This document shows, piece by piece, positions 38,456-49,335 of a stretch of 64,000 nt of DNA. A model generated the notes under the pieces. The model was not told where the DNA came from. It saw only the letters and a list, made by a program, of their open reading frames with translations, and did not search any database. Every line of letters starts with the position of its first letter. The first letter of the stretch is position 1. The position numbers and the translations under genes were made by a program. Origin of the DNA: an uncultured Gemmatimonadales bacterium (GTDB lineage: Bacteria; Gemmatimonadota; Gemmatimonadetes; Longimicrobiales; Gaopeijiaceae); the NCBI GenBank assembly GCA_963751255.1, contig CAVVTW010000005.1, positions 102,189-166,188 of the forward strand, written 5' to 3'.

Positions 38456-39262
38456 TCAGGATCGACCTCGTCCTCCCCCACGCTGCCGCGCCGCAATATC
38501 GACCAACCTGCGCAGCTCCGCAAAAGGGTCCTCGGCATCGTCCACCTGGAGCCGTAGGACAACGTCGTTGTTGAGCCAGACGCCGCCGCCCTTCTTGACG
38601 ATGAGCATCGCCGCCGACTGCATGCCGCGTGTGTCACCCCCTGCGGCCTGGCCCGCCTCCAGGGCTGCCAGCAGCCGGTAGGAGAGATGCCCCTCCGTCT
38701 CTTCGAAGGCTCTTACCATTCCTTCGACCACGGCGGGCCCCGCCAGGATGTTCCCCTGTGCCGAACAGTACTGGCCGATCCGGTGACCGGCCCATTCGCT
38801 GGCGGCCGGTCCCGTGTGGGTTGCCACGTTTCCCTGCGCGTCCATGACCGAGAACTGGCGTCCGGCCCTGGGCCACCGCTCGCCAAGGGGATCGGGGTCT
38901 TCCGCGAGGAGCGAATCCACCACCTCCTGGGGTGAGAGACCCGCCTTCAAGAGGCCGAGTCCCTTCGGCCCGTAGCTCACGTCCACCCAGGCCTGCGTGG
39001 CCACCACGCCCACGTCCGCCTCGCCCCAGATGACCCCGTTTCCCACCGAGAACACCCGGGACTGGACCGCGACGCCCACCTCCCCGGTGGCTGGATCGAA
39101 GCCCACGATGCTGAACGTCGCGACGGGCGACCAGCCCTGAGGAGAGGGCAAGGGGGCTTCCGGACCTTCCTGTGCCTCGGCCGCGACCGGCCCCCAGACG
39201 ATTGGGCAGCAGGTCAGAGCCGCGAGGAGGAGGCGAAGCGGTGGAACGGGACATCGGTTCAT
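38456..39262 (-). CDS. DUF1028-family (Ntn-hydrolase-like) secreted protein
   Basis: Signal peptide is MNRCPVPPLRLLLAALT. The hallmark is TFSIVGFDPATGEVGVAVQSRVFSVG. RBS GGGGAG lies before ATG 39262. Confidence 0.75.
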   Translation of the reverse strand: MNRCPVPPLRLLLAALTCCPIVWGPVAAEAQEGPEAPLPSPQGWSPVATFSIVGFDPATGEVGVAVQSRVFSVGNGVIWGEADVGVVATQAWVDVSYGPKGLGLLKAGLSPQEVVDSLLAEDPDPLGERWPRAGRQFSVMDAQGNVATHTGPAASEWAGHRIGQYCSAQGNILAGPAVVEGMVRAFEETEGHLSYRLLAALEAGQAAGGDTRGMQSAAMLIVKKGGGVWLNNDVVLRLQVDDAEDPFAELRRLVDIAARQRGGGRGRS

Positions 39263-39531
39263 CGTGTGGCTCCCCTGGGGCGATCTCATCTCTCGAGTCT
39301 GCGGGCAGGAACGAAGCTCGGGTCCGCGCAACACACGGTAGGATGCGCGGGATGGGTGTTCGCCGCCAGTCTCACCCGCCCCCCTCTCTCCCCCCGCGTT
39401 CCGAAGCAGACCACCACCTCATAGCCTCTCCTGGCGTCAGTCCCGGTGGCCAGATTGACCCGCGCCCCGGGGTCCCTCCCATCTTCCTCGGAGAATGCGG
39501 TTCATTCACCCCAAGTCGGGAATCCACGTCC

Positions 39532-41994
39532 ATGAAGAGCTCTCCCCCGGATCGCCGGATTCCCGTCGACCTCCAGCCTCCCTTCCTCCCGGCCCTCCTC
39601 CTTCTCTTCTTGGGAAGCGGGTGCGCGGCCCTGATCTACGAGATCATCTGGTTCCAGATGCTGCAGCTCGTCATCGGGGCATCGGGAATTTCCCTGGGGG
39701 TCCTCCTGGGCACGTTCATGGGGGGTATGTTCCTGGGGAGCCTCCTGCTTCCCCGTTTCGTGCCTCCGTCGAGACACCCGCTCCGGGTCTACAGCGTCAT
39801 CGAAGGTGGCATCGGGGTCTTCGGCGCGCTCCTGTTGGTGGCCGTTCCGGGGGTGAGCGGACTCTACGGATCCCTTGTTCCCCCCGGTCTCCTGAGCGTG
39901 CTGGTGCGTACCCTCCTCTGCGCCCTCCTCCTGCTCCCTCCCACGATCCTCATGGGGGCAACGCTTCCGGCGGTGGCACGGTACGTGGAGGCCACGCCGC
40001 GAGGCGTCTCGTGGATGGGCTTCTTCTACGGCGGCAACATCGCCGGGGCCGTCATCGGCTGCCTCCTGGCCGGCTATTACCTCCTCCGGTCCTACGACAT
40101 CCCCACGGCGACGGGCGTGGCGGTGGCCTTGAACGCCGCGGTGGCCCTCGGGGCACTGGCCCTCTCCTGGGCATCGTCGAGCCGGGCCCCCGCGCCGAAG
40201 CCGAGAGCGGAGGACGGCCCCATCCTCACTCCCGGCCGAAGGGGGGTCTACGTCGCCATCGGGCTCTCCGGGCTCACCGCCCTGGGGGCCGAGGTGGTCT
40301 GGACTCGCCTCATGTCGCTCCTGTTGGGGGCCACGACCTACACCTTCTCGATCATTCTTGCGGTCTTCCTGGCAGCGCTGGGGGTGGGCAGCGCCGTGGG
40401 CTCCTACCTCGCCCGGACCATGGCTAATCCCCGCGCGGCCCTGGGAATCTGCCAGGCCCTGGTGGCGTTGGGAGTGGCCTGGACCGCCTACATGATCACT
40501 TCGGCCCTGCCCTACTGGCCCATCAACCCCTCCATCACCTCGAGCCCCTGGTTTCTCTTTCAGATCGACCTCTTCAGGGCGGTCCTCGCGCTCCTGCCGG
40601 CTCCTCTGTTCTGGGGGGCCAGCTTCCCCCTGGCGGTGGCGGCCGCCGCGGAAAGGGGACGGGATTCGGGACGGCTCATGGCTGGGGTCTACGCCGCCAA
40701 TACGGTGGGAGCCATCGTCGGCGCGCTGGGATTCAGCCTGGTGGCCATTCCCCGGCTTGGCACGCAGGACTCGCAGCGGCTCCTCATGATCCTGACCGTG
40801 GTCTCGGCGGCGCTGCTCCTGGCGCCCGGCATGGTGAAGGGGAGGGCGGGAACGCCCTCGGCCGCCCAGGGAGGCAGGGGGCACCCGGCCCGGTGGGCCT
40901 GGGCAGCGGGCGCCGTGGCAATAGTGGGATTCCTCGTCCTGCAGCTGGAGCCCGTGCCACCTGTCCTGGTGGCTTACGGCCGCTACGCGCCCACGTACTA
41001 CCCGCCTCACGCTCTCTACGTGGGGGAGGGAATGAACTCCTCCATCGCGGTTACGGAGCTGGCCAACGGGGACCGGAACATCCACGTGGGTGGGAAGATC
41101 GTTGCCTCCACCGAGCCCCAGGACATGCGACTGCAGAGGATGCTGGGCCACATGACCGCTCTCCTGGCGGACGAGCCCAGGACGGTCCTGGTAGTGGGAT
41201 TCGGAGCCGGCGTCACGGCCGGCACTTTCGTCACCCATCCCGGGATCGAGCGCATCGTCATCGTCGAGATCGAGCCCCTGGTGACGGATGTGGCCTCCCG
41301 GTACTTCGCCGACGTCAATTACGATGTGTTGAAGGACCCCAGGGTAGAGCTGATCCTCGACGATGCCCGACACTTCCTCCTCACCACCGACGAGACCTTC
41401 GACCTCATCACCGCCGATCCGATTCATCCCTGGATGAAGGGCGCCGCCGCCCTCTACACCCAGGAGTATTTCGAGCTGGCCGCCCGGCATCTGAATCCAG
41501 GAGGGGTCATCACCCAGTGGGTTCCTCTCTACGAGAGCACCACCGAAGTGGTGAAGAGCGAGATGGCGACCTTCTTCCAAGTCTTCCCCCGGGGGTTGGT
41601 CTGGGGCAACACCAAGGACGGCCACGGCTACGACCTCGTCCTGGCCGCGCCGGACGGCGCCCCCACCATCGACGTGGACGCACTCACGGCTCGTCTCCGC
41701 CGGCCCGAGTACGCTTGGGTGCGGCAGTCCTTGGATGAGGTGGGCTTCTCCAGTGCCCTCGAGCTGCTCTCGACCTACGCGGGGCGGGCCCAGGATCTGA
41801 GGGCCTGGTTGGGACGAAGCCAGATCAACCGGGACCGGGACCTCCGGCTCATGTATCTCGCCGGCCTCAGCCTGAACCGCTACGAGGAATCGTCCATCTA
41901 CCGGGAAATCCTGGATCAGGCCCGCTTCCCTTCGGACCTCTTCACTGGCTCTCCCCAGTCGCTCCTCATGCTCCAGATGATGCTCGGCTCATAG
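39532..41994 (+). CDS. Fused polytopic-membrane / spermidine-synthase-like (aminopropyltransferase fold) protein
   Basis: 820 aa and intact. The N-terminal half has many TM helices. The C-half carries VLVVGFGAGVTAG (SAM-type GxGxG), FDLITADPIHPW and a TPR-like tail. Confidence 0.75.
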   Translation: MKSSPPDRRIPVDLQPPFLPALLLLFLGSGCAALIYEIIWFQMLQLVIGASGISLGVLLGTFMGGMFLGSLLLPRFVPPSRHPLRVYSVIEGGIGVFGALLLVAVPGVSGLYGSLVPPGLLSVLVRTLLCALLLLPPTILMGATLPAVARYVEATPRGVSWMGFFYGGNIAGAVIGCLLAGYYLLRSYDIPTATGVAVALNAAVALGALALSWASSSRAPAPKPRAEDGPILTPGRRGVYVAIGLSGLTALGAEVVWTRLMSLLLGATTYTFSIILAVFLAALGVGSAVGSYLARTMANPRAALGICQALVALGVAWTAYMITSALPYWPINPSITSSPWFLFQIDLFRAVLALLPAPLFWGASFPLAVAAAAERGRDSGRLMAGVYAANTVGAIVGALGFSLVAIPRLGTQDSQRLLMILTVVSAALLLAPGMVKGRAGTPSAAQGGRGHPARWAWAAGAVAIVGFLVLQLEPVPPVLVAYGRYAPTYYPPHALYVGEGMNSSIAVTELANGDRNIHVGGKIVASTEPQDMRLQRMLGHMTALLADEPRTVLVVGFGAGVTAGTFVTHPGIERIVIVEIEPLVTDVASRYFADVNYDVLKDPRVELILDDARHFLLTTDETFDLITADPIHPWMKGAAALYTQEYFELAARHLNPGGVITQWVPLYESTTEVVKSEMATFFQVFPRGLVWGNTKDGHGYDLVLAAPDGAPTIDVDALTARLRRPEYAWVRQSLDEVGFSSALELLSTYAGRAQDLRAWLGRSQINRDRDLRLMYLAGLSLNRYEESSIYREILDQARFPSDLFTGSPQSLLMLQMMLGS

Positions 41995-42273
41995 TGAAGC
42001 GGATCGCTCGGGACCCCAAGGACGGGCGACGGGGGTCTTCTCCTGCGACTTCCGCAGTCCACCTGCCGAATCCGCACCCGTCCGGCGCCTCGAACGCCGA
42101 AAAACCCAGGAAAGTCAACATTCTCGGCACGGCACCTTTCATGCCCTCCTTCTCTAGCGACGGCTGCGGACGGTAGTACAACAGTCCGGACGGCCAATCG
42201 CGGCCCTGGCCGCGCGCCAACAGGCCGGTGACTCCCGATCCTGGGGCACCGACACGAAGAAGGAAGGGACACC

Positions 42274-43527
42274 ATGAAATCGCAGAAGATCTGGATTGCT
42301 CTGGCCGTCCTCGCCACCGCCGCCGTGGCCTACGGCCTGACGACCAGGCGGTCGGGCGACGCGGTCGCGTACCGGTTTGTACAGGTGCAGAGGGGAACCG
42401 TGGAGGAGGTCGTCACCAGCACCGGAGCCATGCAGCCCACGGAGACCGTCGAGGTGGGGACCCAGGTTTCCGGTCAGATCTCCAACATCTACGTGGATTT
42501 CAACGATCGGGTGAAGAAGGGCGAGCTCCTCGCCGAGATCGACCCGACGCTTCTTCAGCAGGAGGTGCGCTCGGCCGAGGCCAGCCTGGCCCGGAGCCAG
42601 GCGGAGCTCAGCCAGGCCAGCCGCACCCTGGACCGAACCAAGGAGCTCTTCGAGGCGAAGGTGGCCACCACCTCCGACCTCGAGACGGCCCAGTACCAGT
42701 ACGACGTGGCCCAATCCTCCTCAGAGCAGGCCCAGATCGCCTTGGACCGGGCCAAGCGCAACCTGGAGTACACCGTGATCCGGGCGCCCGTGGACGGGGT
42801 GGTCATCGAGCGGGCCGTGGACGTTGGGCAGACCGTGGCCGCGAGCATGTCCGCTCCGATCCTCTTCCTTCTCGCCGGGGACCTTTCCCGTATGGAGATC
42901 CTGGCCTCCGTGGACGAGAGTGACATCGGTCTGGTGCAGCCGGGCCAGGACGTGGAATTCTCGGTCCAGGCCTACCCCGACCAGGTCTTCCACGGCACGG
43001 TGAGCCAGGTGAGGATCCAGTCCACGGTCGTGGAGAACGTGGTCACCTACGGTGTCGTGATCACCGTGGACAACAGCGACGGACGACTTCTCCCCGGAAT
43101 GACGGCGACGGTCCGGTTCATCGTGGCCCGCGCCGAGAACGTGCTGAAGGTCTCCAACTCCGCCCTCCGCTTCCAGCCCACCGAAGCCATGCGGGAAGAG
43201 TTGGCGGCCGAGGGACAGGGACAGGCCGGTAGCGGAGCCAGAACTCGTGAGGCCGCGTCGAGCCCCCCCACTCAGGGGCCCGGTGAGTCCGACCGACCTC
43301 TCTCCGTGCTCTATTCTCTGGACGGGAGCGGAAAGCTCACCGCCACGCCCGTCGAGACGGGGATCACCGACCGGCAAAGCACGGTCGTCAGCGGCCCCGG
43401 AATTGTCGATGGGACGCCGGTCATCGCCGCCGTCACCACCGGCGTCGCCGAAGCGGCGACGGAGACCACCAATCCGTTCCAGTCCCAGGGTGGCGGACGT
43501 CGCCCCGGCGGGCCGGGGATGATGTAG
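42274..43527 (+). CDS. MacA-like periplasmic adaptor (HlyD/MFP family)
   Basis: 417 aa with an N-terminal [31 protein letters not shown] and a coiled coil. It lies upstream of an ABC ATPase and an FtsX permease. Confidence 0.85.
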   Translation: MKSQKIWIALAVLATAAVAYGLTTRRSGDAVAYRFVQVQRGTVEEVVTSTGAMQPTETVEVGTQVSGQISNIYVDFNDRVKKGELLAEIDPTLLQQEVRSAEASLARSQAELSQASRTLDRTKELFEAKVATTSDLETAQYQYDVAQSSSEQAQIALDRAKRNLEYTVIRAPVDGVVIERAVDVGQTVAASMSAPILFLLAGDLSRMEILASVDESDIGLVQPGQDVEFSVQAYPDQVFHGTVSQVRIQSTVVENVVTYGVVITVDNSDGRLLPGMTATVRFIVARAENVLKVSNSALRFQPTEAMREELAAEGQGQAGSGARTREAASSPPTQGPGESDRPLSVLYSLDGSGKLTATPVETGITDRQSTVVSGPGIVDGTPVIAAVTTGVAEAATETTNPFQSQGGGRRPGGPGMM

Positions 43528-43541
43528 AGGAGGAGAGAGCC

Positions 43542-44309
43542 ATGAGCACGCAGAGCACGCCCTTGATCATCCAGGCCAGGAACCTCCGGAAGATCTACCG
43601 GATGGGAAGCGCCGAGGTCCAGGCTCTCCGGGGAGTGGACCTCACGGTGGAAGCAGGAGAGATGATGGCCATCATGGGGGCCTCAGGGTCGGGGAAGTCC
43701 ACCCTCATGAACATCCTCGGGTGCTTGGACCGGCCCACGGGAGGCACATACACGCTGGAGGGGATCCGCGTTGACTCCCTGGGCAAGAACGAGTTGGCCA
43801 CCATCCGAAACCAGAAGCTCGGCTTCGTCTTCCAGGGATTCAATCTCCTGCCCCGCACCTCGGCGCTGGAGAACGTGGAGCTGCCTCTTCTCTATGACCG
43901 CACGGGCCGAAAGCTGGATACTCGAGGGCGAGCCATGGCCGCCCTGGAGAAGGTCGGTCTGGCGGACCGCATGGACCATGAGCCCAGCGAGATGTCCGGG
44001 GGCCAGCAGCAGAGAGTGGCCATCGCCCGCGCGCTGGTGACGGAGCCCGCCGTGATCCTGGCCGACGAGCCCACGGGAAACCTGGACACCAGGACTTCCC
44101 TGGAAATCATGAGCCTCTTCCAGGAGCTGAACGAGGAAGGAACCACGATCCTCCTGGTGACCCACGAGCCGGACATGGCCGGCTACGCCCAGCGGATCGT
44201 GGAACTCCGGGACGGAACGGTGATCCGGGACGAGCCGGTGCTCTTTCCCCGGAAGGCAGCGGAAGACGCGATGCTCTACCACGAGCCGGAAGGTGCAGGT
44301 GTATCATGA
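43542..44309 (+). CDS. ABC transporter ATP-binding protein (MacB/LolD type)
   Basis: Walker A is GASGSGKST, the signature is [14 protein letters not shown] and Walker B is [11 protein letters not shown]. Confidence 0.9.
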   Translation: MSTQSTPLIIQARNLRKIYRMGSAEVQALRGVDLTVEAGEMMAIMGASGSGKSTLMNILGCLDRPTGGTYTLEGIRVDSLGKNELATIRNQKLGFVFQGFNLLPRTSALENVELPLLYDRTGRKLDTRGRAMAALEKVGLADRMDHEPSEMSGGQQQRVAIARALVTEPAVILADEPTGNLDTRTSLEIMSLFQELNEEGTTILLVTHEPDMAGYAQRIVELRDGTVIRDEPVLFPRKAAEDAMLYHEPEGAGVS

Positions 44310-45523
44310 AGAAACAGATTCTGTTCAAGGTCGCGGGCCAGAGCATCCTGAAGAACAAGATGCGATCCCTCCTCACCATGCTCGGGGTCATCATCGGCGT
44401 AGGTGCCGTGAGCGTTCTCGCTGCCATCGGAACCGGCGCGAAGAGCCAGATCGAAGAGCAGATCAGGAATCTGGGGACGAACCTCCTGGTCATCACCCCG
44501 GGTGCGGCCACCCAGGGCGGAGTGAGCCAGGGCGCCCAGAGCTTCAACCGCCTCTCCATCCAGGACGTGGAGGCCTTGGATGGGCAGGCGTTCCTCCTCG
44601 CCGCGGTCTCCCCCATCATCGTGTCCCGGGCGCAGATCGTGGGCGGAACCGGGAACTGGGTGACCTCGGCCGAGGGCGTAGACGTGGACTACCTCACCAT
44701 CCGGGACTGGCCCGTCGCCAGCGGTGAGTTCTTCGAGGAAGAAGACGTCGCCAGCAACCGGAAGGTGCTGGTCCTGGGAAGCACCGTGGCGGACGCCCTC
44801 TTCCCCTATGAGGATCCGGTGGGAGAAGAGATCCGCGTGCGGGACGTGCCCTTCGTGATCATCGGCGTCCTCGCCCCCAAGGGGCAAACGGCGAGCGGTC
44901 AGGACCTGGACGATGTCATCCTGGTCCCCTACACGACGGCCCAGACCCGCCTCTCCGGGCGACAGTTCATTCCCCAGATCCTGGCGAGCACGTACAATCC
45001 CGAGGACATTCCCGCCGCCCAGGAAGAAATCCGGGCCATACTCCGGGACTCCCACGGGCTGGGCCGGAACGAGGCGGACGACTTCCAGGTGCGAAACCAG
45101 AGCGAGCTGACGGACACGGCGTCGAAGACGGCGGAGGTCATGACGCTGCTCCTCTCGGCCATCGCGGGGATCAGCCTTCTCGTGGGAGGAATCGGCATCA
45201 TGAACATCATGCTGGTCTCGGTGACGGAGCGGACCCGGGAAATCGGTCTGCGCCTCGCCATCGGAGCCCGTGGGTCGGACGTCCTCGTGCAATTCCTGGT
45301 GGAGGCCGTGGTCATGAGCCTCGTCGGTGGCCTCGTTGGGGTGGCCCTGGGATTCACGGGGAGCGAGGTCGTGAGGGCCGTGACGGGCTGGAACACGATC
45401 ATCTCCCCCGAAGTCGTCCTCCTGGCGTTGGGATTCGCCGGCGGCGTGGGCGTGTTCTTCGGCTTCTATCCGGCTCGTCGAGCGGCGGGTCTGGACCCCA
45501 TCGACGCCTTGCGGTATGAATGA
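44306..45523 (+). CDS. ABC transporter permease (MacB_PCD + FtsX domains)
   Basis: 405 aa. It overlaps the ATPase stop by 4 nt. The FtsX C-terminus reads ...[27 protein letters not shown]..., and ...[18 protein letters not shown]. Confidence 0.9.
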   Translation: MKKQILFKVAGQSILKNKMRSLLTMLGVIIGVGAVSVLAAIGTGAKSQIEEQIRNLGTNLLVITPGAATQGGVSQGAQSFNRLSIQDVEALDGQAFLLAAVSPIIVSRAQIVGGTGNWVTSAEGVDVDYLTIRDWPVASGEFFEEEDVASNRKVLVLGSTVADALFPYEDPVGEEIRVRDVPFVIIGVLAPKGQTASGQDLDDVILVPYTTAQTRLSGRQFIPQILASTYNPEDIPAAQEEIRAILRDSHGLGRNEADDFQVRNQSELTDTASKTAEVMTLLLSAIAGISLLVGGIGIMNIMLVSVTERTREIGLRLAIGARGSDVLVQFLVEAVVMSLVGGLVGVALGFTGSEVVRAVTGWNTIISPEVVLLALGFAGGVGVFFGFYPARRAAGLDPIDALRYE

Positions 45524-46778
45524 ACCGATCATGGCCAAGACGAAACGGAGAACGTCCGGTGCCCGGTGGGGATGGCTCCTCACCACCCTCGCCCTGGGCG
45601 TCGGGCTGGCCCTGGCCTCCTGGGCCAACTACCGAAGCGCCCGGGCCGCCGTTTCCACCCTGGACGTTGGGCAGGCCAGAGTCTTCGAGGGAATCGTGAT
45701 GAGTGCCTTCCGGTCGGCAGGGCCGGGAGGTCAGCTTCCGGACCTGGACAGCCTCGTCGCGGCCCACTCCGACACCGGCCTCCGCTTCGTGGGCGTGTTC
45801 GCGCCGGATGAGGGACTGACCCTTCTCGGCGGGACTCCCCTGTCCAACCCCATGGAGGTCCCACGCCGGGGCGGGAGTCAGGATCTGATCCACGTGGGAG
45901 ACAGGATGCGGGTGTTTCTTCCCTCGCCGCCCACCCGGAGCCGAAGCCGCATGGAGCGGGACAGTCATCTCGTGGTGGAGTTCGAGCCCGTGGTGGCTGG
46001 CCAACTCGTGAACCGGGCTTTCCGATCTCTGATCCTCGGAGTCCTGGCTGCAGCCCTCCTCATGCTCATGGCGCTCCTCTTCTGGCGCGCCTCCGTGCGT
46101 CGTGAGGCCGAGGCTCGAGTGATGGAGGAGCAACGGAGGCTCAGCACCCTCGGCGAGTTATCCGCGGTTCTGGCCCACGAGATTCGCAACCCCCTGGCGA
46201 GCCTGAAAGGTCACGCCCAGCTTCTGGCGGAACGGACGCCCGAGAACGCGCCTGAACGACGCAAGGTGGACCGGATCGTTGCCGAGGCACACCGCCTGGA
46301 GGCCCTCACCACCGATCTGCTGGACTTCGTCCGGACCGGTCCCCTCGAGGTGGAGGAGGTGGACCTCGAGGAGCTCTTCCGGGCGGTGGCGACGGACGTG
46401 GGAGGCGGGGAGGTGGAAGTGGACACCTCCCGGGCCCCACCGGCGTGGCCCCTGGATGAGCGGCGCATGCATCAGGTCCTCCAGAACCTCCTCCGGAACG
46501 CGGTGGAAGCTTCCCCCGCGGGAACTCCCATTCAGGTCGAGGTGGTCCGAGACGGGCCATCCCTCTCCGTATCGTTCCTGGACCGGGGAGAAGGGATCCC
46601 GGAGGAAAGCCTGGATCGGATCTTCGAGCCCTTCTACACCACCCGAACGAGGGGAACCGGCCTGGGCCTCGCCGTGGCGCGCCGGATCGTCGAGCTCCAC
46701 GGGGGAACGCTGACGGCCCGGAATCGGCCCGAGGGCGGAGCCGAGTTTCGCATCACCTTACCGGGAAAGGCGGGCTGA
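45516..46778 (+). CDS. Two-component sensor histidine kinase
   Basis: Two TM segments flank a periplasmic loop. The H-box is [16 protein letters not shown]. The N/G boxes are [18 protein letters not shown] and GTGLGLAV. Confidence 0.85.
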   Translation: MNEPIMAKTKRRTSGARWGWLLTTLALGVGLALASWANYRSARAAVSTLDVGQARVFEGIVMSAFRSAGPGGQLPDLDSLVAAHSDTGLRFVGVFAPDEGLTLLGGTPLSNPMEVPRRGGSQDLIHVGDRMRVFLPSPPTRSRSRMERDSHLVVEFEPVVAGQLVNRAFRSLILGVLAAALLMLMALLFWRASVRREAEARVMEEQRRLSTLGELSAVLAHEIRNPLASLKGHAQLLAERTPENAPERRKVDRIVAEAHRLEALTTDLLDFVRTGPLEVEEVDLEELFRAVATDVGGGEVEVDTSRAPPAWPLDERRMHQVLQNLLRNAVEASPAGTPIQVEVVRDGPSLSVSFLDRGEGIPEESLDRIFEPFYTTRTRGTGLGLAVARRIVELHGGTLTARNRPEGGAEFRITLPGKAG

Positions 46779-46779
46779 C

Positions 46780-48115
46780 ATGGCCTCCATCCTCATCGTG
46801 GACGACGAGGAGGGAATCCGGGAGTACCTGGCAGAGGCGCTGGCGGGAGAAGAGGACACGGTCGCCGAGGCGGCCGACGGGGTGGAGGCGCTGCGTCACC
46901 TGGGGGAACACTCCTTCGAGGTGCATGATCACCGATCTCCGTATGCCCGGCGCCCTGGACGGCATCGATCTCCTGCGAAAAGCCCAGGCCGAAAGCCCCG
47001 AGATGGAGGTCATCGTGCTCACCGCCCACGGCTCGGTGGACACGGCGGTGGAGGCCATGAAGCTGGGGGCTTTCGACTATCTCCAGAAGCCCCTGGGCAG
47101 CCCCGCCGAGCTCCGCCTCCTCGTGGGGCGGGCCCTGGAGCACCGAAGGCTCCTCGCCCTGAAGGACCAGAGCCGCCGGGAGGTGGAGGCCACTCCCCCT
47201 CTCACCTTCGGGGACCCGGTCATGGTCCCGGTCGTGCGGGCACTCGAAAAGGTGGCCCCCACCAACGCCACGGTCCTCCTCCTGGGCGAGAGCGGCACGG
47301 GCAAGGAAGTGGCCGCCCGGACCATCCACCAGCGCAGCACGCGCAGGGAGGGGCCGTTCGTCCCCGTGAACTGTGCCGCCATCTCCGAGACCCTGATGGA
47401 GAGCGAGATCTTCGGGCACGAAGCCGGGGCCTTCACGGGGGCGACCGGCTCCCGCCGAGGCCGGTTGGAGCTGGCCGACGGTGGCACGCTCTTTCTGGAC
47501 GAGATCGGGGAGTTGAAACTGGAGCTCCAATCGAAGCTCCTTCGCGTTCTCCAGGAGCGGAGATTCGAGCGCGTGGGAGGCACCCGGACCATTCAGGTCG
47601 ATGTCCGATGGATCGCGGCCAGCAACCGCAACCTGCAAGCCATGGTCCAGGAGGGTTCGTTCAGGGAGGATCTCTACCACCGCCTGGCCGTCTTCCCCGT
47701 GACCCTCCCACCCCTCAGGGAGCGCCAGGAGGACCTCCTTCCCCTGGCCGAGAGCCTCCTGGCCCGCATCTGCCGGGACCTGGGGCGCCCCCCCCTTCGC
47801 CTCGACGACTCGGTGGGTGCCCTGCTCCGGCGGGCACCCTGGCCAGGGAACGTCCGGGAGCTGGCCAATGCCCTCGAACGGGCCACAATCCTGAGCGAGC
47901 GGGATCGACTCAGTGCCGAGGATCTTTCGTCTTCTCTGGGTGGGGCCGTGGGCGACCGGCCCGGCCACCGACCCCGGACCATGGAGGAAGTCGAGAAGGA
48001 CGCCATCCGGGAAGCCCTGGAGGCCGCGGGCGGGCACCGGAAGAAGGCCGCCGAGGCCCTGGGCATCGGCGAACGCACGCTCTACGACAAGCTGAAACAG
48101 TACGGAATCAAGTGA
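46780..48115 (+). CDS. NtrC-family sigma54-dependent response regulator, one frameshift inside the receiver domain
   Basis: [17 protein letters not shown]...HSFEV, then an extra base at ~46924, then MITDLRMPG... (ORF 46925-48115). Motifs are [23 protein letters not shown] and the C-terminal [24 protein letters not shown]. The 471-aa ORF 46780-48195 is wrong-frame read-through. Confidence 0.85.
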
Positions 48116-48129
48116 GCCTCCCCCGACAG

Positions 48130-48143
48130 GCTGCATATGCAGC
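48130..48143. promoter_or_regulatory. Perfect 14-bp palindrome, possible enhancer (UAS) for the adjacent sigma54 activator
   Basis: GCTGCATATGCAGC, located 15 nt after the activator stop and ~100 nt upstream of a -24/-12-like element. Confidence 0.3.
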
Positions 48144-48240
48144 GCTGGCCCCTCCGCGGGAGAGCTCGCCCCCAGGAACCCAACCCCCCCCGTAGTGATA
48201 CAAGACAGGAGGCGGAGGCTGAATCCACGGGTTCGCATCG

Positions 48241-48257
48241 TGGCTTCCTTTCCTGCC
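48241..48257 (+). promoter_or_regulatory. Sigma54 (-24/-12)-like element upstream of the beta-barrel gene, with spacing one nt too long
   Basis: TGGCTTCCTTTCCTGCC has GG at 48242-48243 and GC at 48255-48256, with 11 nt between them instead of the canonical 10. It lies 45 nt before ATG 48302. Confidence 0.25.
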
Positions 48258-48301
48258 CGAGCCTGGACTTCCGCAACCGTCAATCTGATAGGAGTGAGTC
48301 T

Positions 48302-48919
48302 ATGCGAAGCAATCGATGGGGGTGGTCTATCCTGCTAGCGTTGAGCCTCGTCACCGCCACGGTCTCGGGGCTCCGGGCCCAGCAAGGGGTCGTGCTGGGC
48401 TTCAGGGGGGGAGTTTCCGTCGCCAGCGCGTCGCTCGATGTCTCCCAGACCTTCTCCAAGAGCAACCGAACAGGCTTCGCCGGGGGCGTCTTCCTGAACT
48501 ATGATGCCGCCATACTTGGTCTCCAGCTCGGCGCCGAGTACACGCAGAAGGGCGTGGATCTGGACATTGGGGGAGCCATCCACAACCTCAGCCTGGATTA
48601 CCTCGAGATTCCGGCCGTCGTCAAGCTGGGCCTCCCCCTGGGGGTCCTCAAACCCAGCGTGTTCGGTGGTGTGGGCTTGGGGTTCAAGACCAGCTGCGAC
48701 GACGACGGCGTGGACTGTGGAAACGAGTTCAAGAGTACGGACTTTTCCGGGATCGCGGGAGCGGATGTGGCGATCTACCTGAGCTCGGTGTCTCTCTGGG
48801 CGGACGGTCGTTACCACTTCGGATTGAGCGACATCAGCAAGGCCAGCGACGTGGTCGGCGACCTGAAGAACCGGAACTGGACGCTGCAGGCCGGGATCGG
48901 CTTTACGCTCGGGGGCTAG
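48302..48919 (+). CDS. Small outer-membrane beta-barrel (porin-family/OMP_b-brl-like) protein
   Basis: Signal peptide is MRSNRWGWSILLALSLVTATVSGLRAQ. It has alternating beta-strand patterns and a C-terminal ...WTLQAGIGFTLGG. RBS GGAG lies before ATG 48302. Confidence 0.7.
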   Translation: MRSNRWGWSILLALSLVTATVSGLRAQQGVVLGFRGGVSVASASLDVSQTFSKSNRTGFAGGVFLNYDAAILGLQLGAEYTQKGVDLDIGGAIHNLSLDYLEIPAVVKLGLPLGVLKPSVFGGVGLGFKTSCDDDGVDCGNEFKSTDFSGIAGADVAIYLSSVSLWADGRYHFGLSDISKASDVVGDLKNRNWTLQAGIGFTLGG

Positions 48920-49335
48920 TCAGGGAAGGTCTAGAAGGAGCCCACACCTTTGCCCCCGCTCCTGGGCTCTCAGGGCCCTCGACGGCAGCAGGACCGCGAG
49001 GGTGATCGCGCCAAGGCTGGCGAATGCTGGGAGCCGGACAGGGAAAGCTCGGACCATCATGGCGCTACCCCTCTGGGAGCCCCTGGCCCCCCGACGGTGC
49101 CCGGGCTCCCGGCCCGGGAGGATCGGGAAACGAGGACGGGAGAGGTGCGGGCAGGCCGGCCCGCACGAGAGTAGTCTGCGCGGGGACGCTACGATCGGGC
49201 AAGGTGGTCTCCTCTCCCATCCGGTTTCCTCCCCCGTCCCCTCCCGGACCCTGGGGAACGGGCCCGCCCCTCTGGGGGCTTTTCGAGGACGGCCGCACCC
49301 CGAGGCCTCCCCGGGGGTAGGACTGACGAGGAGGA

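Noticed and set aside
46780-48195. The 471-aa ORF as the real response-regulator protein
   Set aside because: After residue ~47 its translation is Pro/Arg/Gly-rich nonsense. All the AAA+/HTH motifs are in the +1 frame (ORF 46925-48115).
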